Assembly (NCBI RefSeq): GCF_009914755.1
Contig: NC_060928.1
Length of the DNA stretch: 64,000 nt
From: the human T2T-CHM13v2.0 reference genome, Homo sapiens
Direction: 5' to 3' (one strand)
The translations under genes were made by a program, and so were the position numbers. Below the pieces are notes generated by a model, which ran no database searches, had not been told where the DNA came from, and was given only the letters and a program-made list of their open reading frames with translations. The stretch's first letter is position 1, and every line of letters begins with the position of its first letter. Below, in pieces: positions 47,103 to 63,715 of the stretch.

Positions 47103-48216
47103 ACTCAAGTATATTGGGTGATATATATTGGGTTGTTGGTCACAGGATACAAAATTTCAGTTAGACAGGAGGAATAAGTTTAAGAGGTCTATTGAACAAC
47201 ATGAAGACTGTAGTTAATAAATATATTGTATTCTTGAAAAATACTAACAGTGAATGTATTGTGTTCTCACCACAAAAAATGACAGCTATGTGAGGTAATA
47301 CATATGTTAATTAGCTAAAATTAGTCATTCCAGTATGTATACATACTTCAAAACATCATGTTGCACATGGTAAATACATACAATTTTATCTATCAATGTA
47401 AAAAATAAAATAAATTTTAAGTCTCAATAAAAGAATACTGTCTTCTTAAAAAAACCTAATTTGCCTTTATAGATAATTTTCAAATCTCTTCTTTTTTCTG
47501 CTTTATCACATATTCCCCCAGCATACACAGCACAGACACACATATGCACACAATTCATTTCTGAAGAAAAATAGGGCATAAATCAATCTGAACTTCCATA
47601 TATTTATCAAATTGATGGCAGAATAACCTTTGGCTTCCTTCAAAGACCAAATCCATTCCTGAAAGACAAACATATACAAGCCTAAAAATTTTCAAAATAG
47701 TGCTGAGATAAACTCCCAAAGAAAAATCCCCCAAATGTCTTATGTAACAGCAACTCTACTAAAATAAGCTGAATTGCAAACCAATATTCTTACTTATAAA
47801 GTAATAGGATTCATCTGGAAGTATAAATGGGGCTGTGTTTGCTAAAATATTACTTGCATTACTTAACAGTAATAACAACAAACGTTTATGTAGTGTTTTA
47901 CAGTCCTAACGTAATCCTGTGAAATTACTCAGATATAGTAAAGGAAAAGGTCCTTGATCTGTGTTCCTTCCCCCTTCCCACAATGGTGGTGACCACAGTG
48001 ATCCTGAAAGCCAAGGTGAAGACAGTGGAGCCCTGTTAGTCTAGGTCCTTCCCTTGAATGTGTGGAGCAGAGCCACCCATGTGTGTGAATTGTTCACCAA
48101 CTAGTTTTTATGTTTGGGAGAAGTGAACTTCTTTTTGTCCTTTCAACCATATTATTTAGTAATCTGCCATTATAACAACTTCATCTTTTGCCATCTCTTT
48201 CTGAATTCATCCTTAC

Positions 48217-48397
48217 CATTTGTTATGACCCTGTCCAGTAAACCATGTGGAGGGCAAGCCAGCATTTGTCTCAGTCTTTGTACGTGATTTGCTTCAGTTG
48301 GTGTTTCTTGTAGCTTTTTTTCACTGCTTTTCAAAAGAATACTTCCTTCTGTTGGTTCATTTGCATCTATACCTTTGAGCTTCATAACTGTCTCCTC
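48217..48397 (-). CDS. SLC9B2: SLC9B2 exon 3
   Basis: acacag|GAG...AAT G|GTAAGG; EETVMKLKG...DRVITN. Confidence 0.96.
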
Positions 48398-48605
48398 CTG
48401 TGTTTAAAGTAATTTTAAAAATCCTTAAAACTGTATATATTTTACACATATTTATAGGTACTGCATCATCACCTTACAAATCAAATTTCTATGACTAGCA
48501 TCAAGGATAACACTTTGTAGAAAAAACTCACAGCTTTATTACTAGCTAATCAGCTTGAAACAAGAATGATACTAGGAGTATTTAGCACAGTCACTATTTT
48601 TAGTA

Positions 48606-48943
48606 CAGGTTGAGTATCACTAATCTGGAAATCTAAAATCTGAAATGCTCCAAAATCTGAAACTTTTTGAGCACTGACATGACACACAAGTGAAAAATTC
48701 CACACCTAAAGTCACATGACAGGTAACAGTCAAATGCAACTTTGTTTCATGTACAAATTATTTAAAATATTATATAAAATTACCTTCGGATTACCTGTAT
48801 AAATATGAAACATAAATAAATTTCCTGTTTAGACTTGGGTTCCATCTGCAAGATATCTCATTAGGTGCATGCAAATATTAAAAAAAAAAAAAATCCAAGA
48901 CACTTATAGTCCCAAGCATTTCAGATAAGGGATATTCAACCTG
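48606..48943. mobile_element. Tigger4/MER46-type TcMar MITE
   Basis: TIRs CAGGTTGAGTATC / GATATTCAACCTG with TA TSDs. Confidence 0.85.
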
Positions 48944-49350
48944 TATTATAAATGCTTGGGTCACATAACATTTTATTATGTTTTATAATACTGGGTTTTA
49001 AAATAAGCATATTTAAGATAAAATTCAGGGCAATAATTGGCACATATACCAAAGTGGTTTAGAAAAAGATAACTATCTGTAATGAAAACCACTTCACATT
49101 CATTAATCTACTTGAATTTAAACAATAAAAAGGAAGAAACCAAAACCATTCTAGAGATTAGGTCAGAGACACAAAGCGTTTCATAGGCTCTCCATTTTTC
49201 TAGTTACAGGTAGGGTCAGCTGGCAATGATGTTAGCTGGGAAAACTGGTAGTCACACCTGCCTTGGATTGTGTAAGTTTGGGGATAGGAGAATTGGTAAA
49301 TGAGTGGTAGAATATGAAGAAAACACAATTCTATCACAGCTTAGATTTAC

Positions 49351-49440
49351 CTGTGCTTCTTGATGCATGGAGGGCGTGTAATTCATTCCTGTGGATGGTT
49401 CTGAATCTTCATATGTAATTCTTTTATCTTCATCCCCCAT
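49351..49440 (-). CDS. SLC9B2: SLC9B2 exon 2, coding part (exon probably extends to acceptor at 49482)
   Basis: ATG at 49440 in strong context ATAATGG; MGDEDKR...HQEAQ; donor CAG|GTAAAT; upstream acceptor ttcaaaacag|ATCTC. Confidence 0.96.
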
Positions 49441-52222
49441 TATTTATAATTAAGAAGATGACACAGGGAAGAGGAACGAGATCTGTTTTGAAAGAGTATA
49501 GATATAGAGCAGTAATTTGAAAGTCTTGTGATTTCAAAGACTTTGGATTGTACTTATTTTTTTCCCTAAAAATTCCGAATGGCTAAACTATTTGAAATTA
49601 GACTATTCTTAATTTTCAATGGCTGGTTATTGTTTTTGCTTGATTCTAGTATATTATCATCATTCTTATCTACCTTTTTATTTTTCTTGAAAAAGCCTTT
49701 GTTGACCAATCACATTTTTATGATTTCTTTCCCATATTATTTTTTGAGTTAAACTTAAAAACAATCCAAGCAATATCAGTGTTAAACTGTCCTCTCTCAT
49801 GGGCCAACTGGATGAAGCAGGAAGTCTCCAGGTAACTTTCCAATGTTGATATGAGGAATGAGTCACTAAAGGGAAATCTCTGGATTTCATCCTTTTCGGA
49901 GAATCTAGAGTCACTAACTCCTGCCTGGTTCTTATTTCTAAATTAAAGTTTAAAAATACACCACAATTGACTGAGTAGCCAGAATGTCTCAGACACTATG
50001 ATGAGTGCTATGGTAGTCACTTTTTAGTCATTGTGGGCAATTCAAAGATTACCAAAACATATTGTTTGTTTTCCATTGACTTATCATATACCAGGAAAAA
50101 TAAATTTATACCAAATAACTAAGAAAACCTGTAAGACTACGGATTGGCTCAATAAACACTCACTTCAACACATTCTCCCTTGGCTTTCCATGCTATACAG
50201 GCTACAAGGCAAATACAGCACTCCAGTTCCTAGCCACTTTTGTAGGTAGAGGTGGCCATGTGTCACAGTTCTACATATGAGATTTAGGTGGGAGTTTTGG
50301 GGGAGGCCTTTAGAAGATAATACTTTGTACTTTTTGTCCTCTAACATTTCCCTTTCTCCTTCCTAGAATGTAGATACAGTGCCTGGAAGGGCAACAGACA
50401 TCTTTCAAGCATGAGAATAAAAGCCCTCTATTTAGGATAGTAGATAAGTAAGATAGGAGAAGCTGGTTCCTTGATGACATCTTCCAGTTGCTCCATCAGC
50501 CTTGGACTGCCAAGCATTGGGGTAATTGTTTAAACCACTATTAATCAAGTTTTTTCTTCTTTTTTAACTAGTAAGGAAACTTACTCCTAATGCAACAAGT
50601 AGAATGAGTATCTTGATAGAGGTACACACTACAAACTTGTGGTAGAATCAAAGAGAAAATTATGTAAGAGAAGGGAAAATCTAATTCAACACATATCAAA
50701 GTGCCTAATGGGTTCCAGGCACTATGCTAGACATAAAGACAAGGATGAATTAGACAGGACCCCTCCCTCAAGGAATCATTTTCTCTGTTCAACGAAGTGC
50801 CAAGAAATTTGCATTTAAAACTTCAAAAAACATCATAATCTTTTTACCACAACCACCCCCATTTTTCCTACTTACAAAACACATGGTAACCAGAGTCCCA
50901 TCTCAAAAAAACCTTTAGTTTGTTTTTTATTATACATAATTTGTAATAAATGTTTATATAATGATATATATGTATGTGTATGTATGTTTGTATATATAAT
51001 TTTTTAAATTAAAAAACTTATTTCAAAATTTAGACTGATAATAAAAAAGTCACTTGATGAGAAAATGTTAGACTCAGAGAACACTTGTCTTAAAGGCATG
51101 GAGACATGAAAGCCAGTGGTGTGTGAGGGGAAACTGCTGGAGCTTGTGGCAGGAGGCTGAGAGTAATGCGAGATCAGGTTAAAGAGTTAGGATATCATAT
51201 CTCAAACCACGGCACTTGGCCTTTACCTTCTGAAGTGAATGACCCCAAATATGGTAACTGACAAGATGGGCTGGGTTCGAATTTGGATAAGCCTGAATTT
51301 GAAGTCCATCTATACCAAATTGCTTAACCTCTTTGTGATTAGTTTCTTATTTATGAAATGGAGACAAGAATAGTTCTAACTATGCACAGTTGGCATTCAA
51401 TAGTGTTGGTTATTGCTAACCATGCATATTCCTTCTTCCTGATTATCATAAGAAGAATCTTTAAGAATCATTTTGCTTTCCCTATTAAGCAAGAAAAAGT
51501 CACCTCAACCTTGAAGAATTTACTACTTAATCCCATTGATTTTATTTGGTCATGATTTTTCATCTGTTTTTGAGGCCCACTTCTTGATCAGGTGGATGTA
51601 ACATTCATTTCTTCACCCTTCTCATTAGGAGAATTACATAGAAATTCTTTGGCAGTACCACTAGAATTACCTCTTTCATCAAATTCTCAAAATCAGCCCA
51701 TTCTGCCACTTACAAAAACTATTTTTAAATAGTCGTGAATTAGAAATTATTATTTTTAGTAGACAAAAACTATTGGTTAAAATGAAGCCTTTGCGAACAA
51801 ATTTTATCAATGTTATTATGGGGTCCTTTTAAATATAAACAATCACAACTTGGCATGTTATGCCATCTGTGGGAATTTATATAATTTTACATTCCAGAAA
51901 AGTTCCCTATTCTCCAATACTCTCAACCATAAATGCCAAAGTACTTATACATGATCAGAAAGGTACTGCAGAAATAAAGGGTAAAATGAAATACATGTCT
52001 TTTAATGAGCCCAGTAAGAGATCTTACAACTAGTCAGCTGTATTTGTTTGCTCTCTGCTGTGTTTCCATTTCTAAAAGACCATTTAAAATGCATGTCTCA
52101 CTTCAGGAACCTACTTAAATTTAGGAAAATTTCAAAAATGTTAGCTTTACTTAAAGTGACCATGTTCATGGTATTTATTATTTATAGTCATTGGGTCTTG
52201 AAATTACAAAAATGACCTTTGA

Positions 52223-54247
<2,025 letters not shown>

Positions 54248-54691
54248 CTGGTCTTCATATCTTTATGTCAAATATCTTTCATCAAATGAAACCTAATCCT
54301 TAAATCCTACAAATGGAACGACTAAGGTGGCGCTGCAGGAGCCCTGTCTACTCACCCCTGTTCCTTCTGGCAAGTGGAGCATACTTTGGAAACCATTTCT
54401 GTAAATATGTTTTCACATAGAGAGATATTTGTTAAATGTTCTCTTTTTCATATTATCTTACTAATGTAAATGTTTACAAGTACTTTCTGTAATATTCCAG
54501 AAGAAATAAAGGAACTATCAACTTACAAATGTCCGTAGGCTCTCGGTCAAGTAAAATAGACTTACTGCTATCATTTCAGTTACTGCTAAAAGATATGGAT
54601 AAAGACTTTTTATTCTTGCTATTTGCTGCCTGTGATTTGGATAGGCTGACATTTAAAGGAGTAATCTTATGGAGAATTTACATATATTGCT

Positions 54692-55105
54692 TGCTATGGC
54701 TTGAATGTTTGTGTCCCTCCAAAATTCAGATTTTGGAATGTAACTGCCAAGGTGATGGTATTAAGAGGGAGGTACTTTGGGGAAGTGATTAAGTCACCAG
54801 CACTCAACCCTCATGAATGGGACTAGTGCTCTTATAAAAGAGGTCAAAGGGAGCAGCCTAGTCCCTTTGGCTCTTTCCCTTCCACCATCTGAGAACACAG
54901 CATTAGTCTCTTCCTCCATGTGAAGAAGACATGGCAAGAAGGCACCATCTTGCAAGCAGAGATCAAGTGTGTAACAGACATCAAATCTAATTAGCACCTT
55001 GACCTAGGACTTCCCAGCCTCCAGAACTGTGAGAAATAAATTTGATTATTTATAAATTAATTAGTTTGTGGTATTTTGTTACAGTAACAAAAATGGACTA
55101 AGACA
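54692..55105 (+). mobile_element. MST-type MaLR LTR
   Basis: TGCTATGGCTTGAATGTTTGTGTCCC...AACTGTGAGAAATAAA...GGACTAAGACA. Confidence 0.8.
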
Positions 55106-57029
55106 TTGCTAGAGTACTCTGGGTTGTATTCATGCCTTTGAAAGAGCATCACTATGATTGTTCAATACTCTATAATGATAATAATAACAACAATCTCCTG
55201 CCTTTGTGTTCATCCATTCATGTGTTGAACGTATAGGTTCTCAGTCTCATACAGTATTTCTACATAGAACATACAGAAACATTCCAGTTTCTGTATTTGC
55301 TTATCAACACTGATCTAATGGTCATTTCCCAAAAGGAGCCCTACCCAGCAATGAGGAATTCAGATCAGGCTCAGAGTAGGGCTTAACACTTTCTTAGACA
55401 ATTAATTACTAAAATGACTAACAGTGTTTCCCTGAATGAGAACTACCTTATCTGAAAGACTTAGGTGTGTCAAATACATGTGGCCAAGTTACCAAAGGAA
55501 AACAACCGCTATTTTATTTGGTTAATTGATTTAGTAATTTCATTGACTCATGAAGGAAAACACTATATAATGAGATAAGAATAAAAGGAAATTACCCCTA
55601 CATAAGGGACCCAATACTTGCTTTCATCCTTTCTATTCTCTCTCCTCACCAAAGTGAAATATACTTACTAAAAGTTTAAAATATTATTTCTAGGCCCACT
55701 AAAATCAGAATCTACAGAGACCGAATCTACCCCAAGTGGGACAGACATGACTTATGGCCTGTCTAAATGCCAAGTGTTCAGGTATGCCAGTAGGACCCTT
55801 CTCCCGCCCTAGGGATAAGTCATTATTGGTGTAAATCAATCTCTGTAACACCATTCCTCTTTGCCACTTATTGGCTAAGGAGTGAGCATGATTCATTTCT
55901 TGCCATTGGAATTTGTAGGCAAGACTATTGGGGCATATTACATAAGATTTTCCTTCTTAATAAAGACAGAGAGAGAGGAGGAAAATCCTCTCCTCTTTTT
56001 GTCTTTAAATGACCAGGTAAAGAGGCAAGGGAAGTTGGGATTGTGGATGGGTTTCTTGGGACAATTCTAGCAGCCATCATTCACCCATGAAGAAAAGTCA
56101 AGATTAGCTGAACACAGAAAGCAACATAGAGCCCTGATATTACTGAGCTACTGAACAAACCCTGGACCCACCTACCTTCAAACATCTTCATGTATGAGCA
56201 AAGTACATCTGTATTTTTGAAGGGAGTTTTGGCTGAATATCCTGTTACTTGCAGCCAAAAGCATCCTAACCAATATAACAGGTGATTTTGTTGCAGAACC
56301 ATCCCTGAGAAGCCCTGATGAACAGCAGTGATGAGGAACCTCTGTCTTACAAACTTTAGTTTCTATCTTTCTAGCTTCTTGTTACAGTGCAAAATCATCA
56401 TAGACAATGAATGATCAGAACACTGCCTTTGTATTGAAATTTCTCAAAAATGTCCAGAAAATAACATTTTATAAAGTTAAAAATTAGTGCCAAGGTTTTC
56501 ACTGCCATTCTTTTAGTCAACAGAAATTATTTGGATTGTAAGATTATGTATTTCCCCTCCTCTACCCTGAAGTTAAATTGTAATATTTGAATACTGAATG
56601 AAGAAAAGTTGGACTTATAAACGTTTGGTTGTTTTCCAAATTTCCACTCATGAAACAAAACAACAACAATAAAATATCACTACTATTGCTGCCTGGAGTT
56701 TCATTTCTGCTTTTTCTACTTGAAGAAATTCAAAATCTAACTCAAATGTCACCTTCTCAGTATTTCCTAACTCCAACATTGACAAACTGTCTCCCTCGTT
56801 TTCCTCTCTGATGATTCATTCATTCATTCAACAAACAAGAGCTATTAAGCTCTTGTTACGTCCCAGTCCTTGAGCTGAGGATTCAGAAGTGAACGGTCTT
56901 AAATAGTTCCTATATTCAGATCTTGTAATCTAGTTACAGGATGATAAAGGATGATAAATGATTCCTAAGCAATCACAATGAAATATGGTTAAGTTTCAAC
57001 TTTAGACACATAACAACCCCATCCCTTAA

Positions 57030-57305
<276 letters not shown>

Positions 57306-57939
57306 CTTAACAAGTTTCTCTGGTGTGATAGGCACAAGAGTAACAAAGATGACTAAGATGCAGTCTGCCCTTTAAGGGATGGTCAGAGACTGATATGTGT
57401 TTACCAAAATCGTTTACTCTTCTGCCTGGGTCCATAGTACATTTCCAGTCTCCCTTGCAGGTCAGTGTGGCATGTGACTGAAGTCTGGTCAATGGCATGT
57501 GGACATAAATAGTATGTGATTTCCAGTCCTCACCCATAAGAAACAATCCTCATGCAATCCTCTAGTAGCTTTTCTTTTTCTGTCCGTTGCCTGGAAACTA
57601 AGGACTCCAAGGTCTTAGGGGATAGCAAAGCCATAATATAAAAGGAGTTTGGGTTCCTGAATAATTGAGTAGAAGGCCAACAGCTGAACACGTGAATGGA
57701 CTTGACATGAACGAGAAATAAGCCTGAACTATGTTTAGTTACTGAGATGTTTTACTTTATCTCTTACAGCAGCTACTGCTGTCTTAAGGTTATATTCTTC
57801 AGTCAATAGCATACGATGATTCTTAGCACCTCGAGGATGCTAACCCAGTCCACAAAGGCAACACCCCCTCTGGTTAATCTGAGAACTAAAATAAAAGCAA
57901 GCAAGAAAACCCACGCCAACACCTTACAACAGTAAACAG

Positions 57940-58830
57940 ACACGCGCCCGTCACCGGGTGTACAAACAGAAAAGGCTGGGCCCCTCGCTCGCGTCTCCGG
58001 TCCAGCAGGCCTACAGGGTACCCGCCGCTGGCGCTGGGTTTATTTTTACCCTTAGTGTCTCTGGGGCCTCTCACCTGGCAGTCTCCGGCGAAGTCGACCA
58101 GGCTCCGTCTGAACGATTAGGAAAGGGGCTGTGGGGGAGGCGGCGGAGCCCGGTCTAGCCACCGCGCTCTGGGGTTCCCGATTCGCGCATCTTCCCAGGC
58201 TGAGCCGGGAGGCTGCGTTGACTGCAGATAAACGGTCTCAGGGCGCGGCACCGCGTGTAGTCGGCCCCGCCTTTCGCACGAACCCGCTGGGCGACACCGC
58301 GCAGGGAGGTCCGACCCGTCGGCGCCGGTACAGGCTCCGGAGTAAGCATGGGTTGGTCCGGGGCCCGCAGCGGCAGCCCCGTGTGCCCTCCGCCGGGTTT
58401 CAGGTCCGGCGGCGCGGGTGCAGAGCCGCGTGCGATGCCTGGTGCGCGTGGCTTCCCCCGGAAAGGTGGCGCCAGGCCGACCATGGGCCCACGTCCCGGG
58501 GCCTCGGAGCGGCACCGCGCGGTCTTTCAGCTGCTTATCCTCCCTGGGCGGGTCCGCAGGCTTCTGGGGCCAGGACCAGCGAGCTCCCGGGAAAGCTTCC
58601 CGGAAAGCTTACCCAGAGAGCGCGGACCCAGGCGCCGAGTCTTCCCGGAGATGACGAGACACCGCGAGAGGAGCACAGCGCAGGCTCCTCGGGACTCCGC
58701 GGCGCAGGCCGGGCAGCCCGTTACTTGTTTTATCGTTCCCGAAACCAACCTCTAAGTTGTCTATCAGTCCTCCACCTTTTAGCTGTACCTCTTAGAAGTG
58801 TCTTCTCAGCTGCGGTGGGAAGATAGGATT
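57940..58830 (-). promoter_or_regulatory. SLC9B2: CpG island / promoter of SLC9B2
   Basis: Dense CpG and high GC in an otherwise AT-rich, CpG-depleted window, upstream of coding exon 2. Confidence 0.92.
58075..58300 (-). other. SLC9B2: SLC9B2 non-coding first exon (5' end approximate)
   Basis: Strong donor CCAG|GTGAGA at 58075/58074 inside the CpG island; TSS cannot be determined from sequence. Confidence 0.65.
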
Positions 58831-59504
58831 CTTTCTTAAGGTGACCAATTAAATGGCCGGATAAAAGACTTGTTCTGCCCCCCTTTATCGCTTAACACCT
58901 GCCCTTCTTGTTGTATTTTAGATTTTTAACCCTTCTATCAGCAGTGTGATTCTATTTCATTTAATTCTCATTTCATGTTTGTGTCTTCCTTTTCTCTGTA
59001 TTTCCTCTTGTGTGTGTTAAGACGCGCGCACCCCTTACCTGTTTTTCACTCCTGTAAGCAAGTGCCAATCTTAATCACCGCTTTTCAAGCAAGGGAGATT
59101 ATCCTCAAATTTCTCCACCAGTCAGAAACCATTCATTCTTGTCTCTCAGGTCCTCTTTTGTGATGAACCTATTGGATAGGTTCCATCCAATACCCTTCTT
59201 CAGATCATCTGAAATGATTATTTTCCTAAACGGAACTCTTCCTCTCCTAAAGCTTGTAAAAATTTCTAGTGACATTCAGCTTCCTCTTACCACAGGAATG
59301 ACATATATTTTTCCTTTTAGTCATATGTACTTCATTAATATATCACCTGATTTGATTAACATGACTTTGGAGAACATTGAATTTTTTGGCTAGATTTTAC
59401 TTCGTTTTTATTGCTGATAGTGTTTATAAAAATGTTTTATAGTTTATGGTCGGCTGTGAGAAAGACTAACTCAGATCATTTGTTAATGTTGGAGCCCATT
59501 TTGT

Positions 59505-61592
59505 AGAATTCGTTGTGCATTTATTTAAAATTTATTTGTTCATAGCTATACATATATTATACATGTATACCTGCTCACAGCATAAAGTATTTCATGACAT
59601 ACTTGTAAGAGTCAGTGTTCTATGAATTCACTAGAGAAGTTACAGCATTTTGATTATGATACACGAAAAGAAACCCAAGTCATTTAGCTTAACTCCTTAA
59701 TTTCATAAACCAGAAAACTAAAATCCAAGATAGATTGGGTGACTTGGTCTAGATCACAAACCAAAGTTAGCCATAATTCGGTAGTGTAGTGCCCGGTCCA
59801 AAACCTCATAGATAATCTTATAATCAATGGACTCTTTCTGAATGCTAGTCAAAATGTCCTTTTGTGTGAATTTTAATGTACCGTCATCAACTGCATGATA
59901 TTCTTCCCCATACACAAAGTGTTATCTTTTTGTTGTCCATTTCAGAATTTTCCATGTTAATATTAAAGTTCTAGGAAAAAAGGCTAAGAATCACTGCACA
60001 TTTATTGAGTATCTCAGTGTGCATCATACCATTTGGTCATTTGAGGTTGCAACAAGTAAAAAACAAACATAAAACCCTTAAATTAAAATAAAAACAAAAA
60101 ACTTTGCCCTGACAATGTTACAGAATTAACATCCATAAATTTACTTTTCTTGAAAAATTTATTTTCTTTAATTTCGTTTGTTTCCTGTTACATAATTTAT
60201 ATTTAAATTTACATTTATTTATCCAGAAACTATGTCCAAATTTTATGTCCTCTTTTCTGTTATCCTGGAGTTTGGTGAAGAAATCTGTACTTAATTTAGA
60301 AAAGAAATCCCTCTAACTGACAATATTGTTAGCTAACTATATATTTCTTAGGCCCATGTCAAATATCATTGCTTATTTTAATAAAGATTGTTTAGTTAGA
60401 CTAAGAAAATAGTAAATAATAAGGGATGGCATCCGTTAAGTATAAACACTGGATTATTTTTCATAACATAACAGGTCAACAATATCGTTTTGAGGCTGAA
60501 CTCCTTTACTCCTTTTACTGTAAGCTATTGAAGCCAAACTCCTTCCTACCTTTGTTCATTTATGATGGTGTAAAATTTTAAAATTAGGATCTACATACAG
60601 AACAATGCAGAATTATATAAAAATATTTGAATATTGAAAAATGAAGTGGAAATTATTATTATTATTTAGGTACAGGGTCTTGCTCTGTCACCCTGGAGTG
60701 CAGTGGCATGATTACAGCTCACTGCAGCCTCAAACTCTTGGGCTCAAGTAATCCTCCTGCCTTAGCCTCTGTTAACCATGCTGGTCCTGAACTCCTGGCC
60801 GCAAGTGATCCTCCTGCCTTGGCCTCCCAAAGTGCAGGAATTATAGGCATGAGCTACCATGCCTAGTCCTGAAATTACTATCTTCTTCCTTAACCCCCAT
60901 CTCCCCCACAAAAAAACAAAAACTTCCTTTTTTCTTCATATTTACATTTTAATTGTATATGCTGCAATGGCCTATTTGTATCACCCCAGAGTCATGTGTT
61001 GACATCCTAACCTGCAATATGATACATTAGGAGGTGGGGCCTTTGGGAGGTAATCAGGTCATAAGGGTAGTGCCCTCATGAACAGGATTAGTGTCCTTAT
61101 AAAAAGACACATGAGCGCTCGCTTTTTTTCTCTGCTCTTGCTATGTGAGGATACAGCAAGAAGAGGACCATCTGCAAACCAGGAAGTGGGCCCTAACCAG
61201 AAACTATATCTGCTGGCACCTTTATCTTGCACTTCCTAGCCTCCAGACTGAAAAATAAATGTTTGTTGTCTATGACACTCCATCTATGGTAATTTGTTAT
61301 AGCAGCCCAAAGTGACTAAGACAGATGCTAACAAATCGAGATTTATTTTAAAAACTATTCTCCTGCTATGAGTTCAATATTTTTATTTCTTTACAATGAT
61401 TTCAGAAGAGATTACAAAGAGATTAATATACTTAAAGAATCAGACTCTTGCAAACAGTGACATCATTAAAAAGAGCTTATTTTCATTAACATGTGATTAA
61501 CAGGAAGGAGATGATTGGTGAGTTTTCTTCGTAACCAGGTTCACTGTGGATAGGAAGGGCCTGCCTTCCTTCCCACCATGGAGATCCTAAAA
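59505..61592 (-). other. BDH2: BDH2 3' UTR (distal end approximate)
   Basis: Follows TGA; minus-strand AATAAA at 59520-59525 and 59531-59536, with proximal candidates near 61342 and 61382. Confidence 0.6.
60961..61323 (+). mobile_element. MLT1A-type MaLR LTR inside the BDH2 3' UTR
   Basis: GGTGGGGCCTTTGGGAGG...TTTGTTATAGCAGCCC...GACTAAGACA. Confidence 0.75.
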
Positions 61593-61646
61593 TCACAAGC
61601 TCCAGCCTCCATCAATGATGACAGGGTTACCAGTTACATAAGCAGA
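61593..61646 (-). CDS. BDH2: BDH2 last coding exon (SDR-family dehydrogenase C-terminus)
   Basis: ctgcag|TCT...TTG TGA; SAYVTGNPVIIDGGWSL*, typical SDR TG...DGG tail. Confidence 0.93.
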   Translation of the reverse strand, partial: SAYVTGNPVIIDGGWSL

Positions 61647-63179
61647 CTGCAGTGATAAACACAAGGAGACAGAACAATTAACCAGGTTTGATACAGGCTG
61701 TATTTTGAAATTTTCCTGTGACTAGGATAACTAAACAATTTACCCTTGTCCTAACAGGAAACCTCACTTAAACACTTAATTCAGGGAAATCCAAATTAAC
61801 ATTTGGTTGATTTAGAACTGCTGAGTGTCCTGTGATCTGGAACTAAATGGCCTCTGGCTGGTGTCTAAGCACCTGTCACTGTTAGGTATTTGGTCTCAGA
61901 ATCCCCAAATTAAGGAACAGTGATGTATAGCCATTCCCCAAATTAGGATATAGGCTAAAAGCACATTTTCATTTTGAAACTCAGAACTATTCAAAACTAG
62001 CTAAGTTTTATGCCACTAATAAACTTTTGAACATAAGTGTATCAGTCATAAAATGGTCATATTAATGACCAGTTTTTTAAAAAAGACAGCATATATTTAG
62101 TTGATCAATTATAAGTGGATAATTGTAGGAGCTGAAGCACACTAAATGTGTTTTAAAAATTTACATGAATGATAATAACTATAATCCATTAAGCTATAAA
62201 AATATTCTATATTAGTTTCAGATATCCAAATCTTTATAAAACTAAGGAATTTAAAAAATAATTACTGGTTTATTCCCATAAATTTTTCATTTTCTAAATA
62301 AGGCTGAAGTGATCTTTTTGGTAGAAGTTTAAAAATCTTTTAACTTAAAATGGATAATAAAGACTCAAACAGTCTAAATTCATCTGAAGCCTGAAACAAT
62401 GGAAGAGGAAGTAAGGATATCATAATGAATAGAGAAATTTTAAGAGTTCAATAGATAAAAGCTGATAATATACAGTAGGTGAACTAGGGAGTTATTAGTC
62501 ACTTCACCAAAGAAATACCTCCAACTCCCCCAAGTTCTTTTAAAAGACAAGCTCTGTTACACATATGAACTCCTCTGGAAACCTCTAAAAAGCCAAAGGT
62601 ACTTTTGTAGCACATTTCAAGCCACAACACTTCCAAATATCTTGTAACCTAAGCTCTGGCTAACTAAGGGTAATTTAGCTTATCAGCAGTACCCAAATCA
62701 AATGAGCTATTCTGAAGATACGGATTCAGAGAAATCACAAAGGCTCATGTGCTTCTTCATTAAACATTTGTCTATTAATTTCCCCAGCTATTAACAATTG
62801 TTGTTAATAGTTGGGAGAAGTTCTGAGAAGAAACTGCGCTGTCACGGAAACATTTCAATCCCTGTATTTGTCACATTCACCAACTATCTGGTGTGCACCA
62901 AGTTACTGGGAAGAGGAGCTATCAGTTGTTCCCTCCTCGCTCCCGCCTAGTCCCCTTTCCTTCCCTCTTCTCACACATTACAGTTCCTTGTTCCTGTAGT
63001 ATTCAGAGACATAAAACAGAGGAGGACCTTCTTGTGCTCTATACCTTATAAGCATCATTTTTGCTTTCATCTTAAGCCATTTAAAAGTAAACAATAGTTA
63101 TTAAGGAAAAAACTGTTAAACAGATGCAAAGTGGAAGAGATTAAATTAGGAATTTCCATACACGATGATGAACAAGTAA

Positions 63180-63715
<536 letters not shown>

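Noticed and set aside
48391-48400. CAG-GAG-GAG tandem acceptor at exon 3
   Set aside because: GAG is a poor acceptor and nothing supports its use
58131-58826. 231-aa plus-strand ORF and overlapping ORFs
   Set aside because: Arg/Gly/Ala/Pro-rich, non-ATG start, several frames open: typical CpG-island artefact
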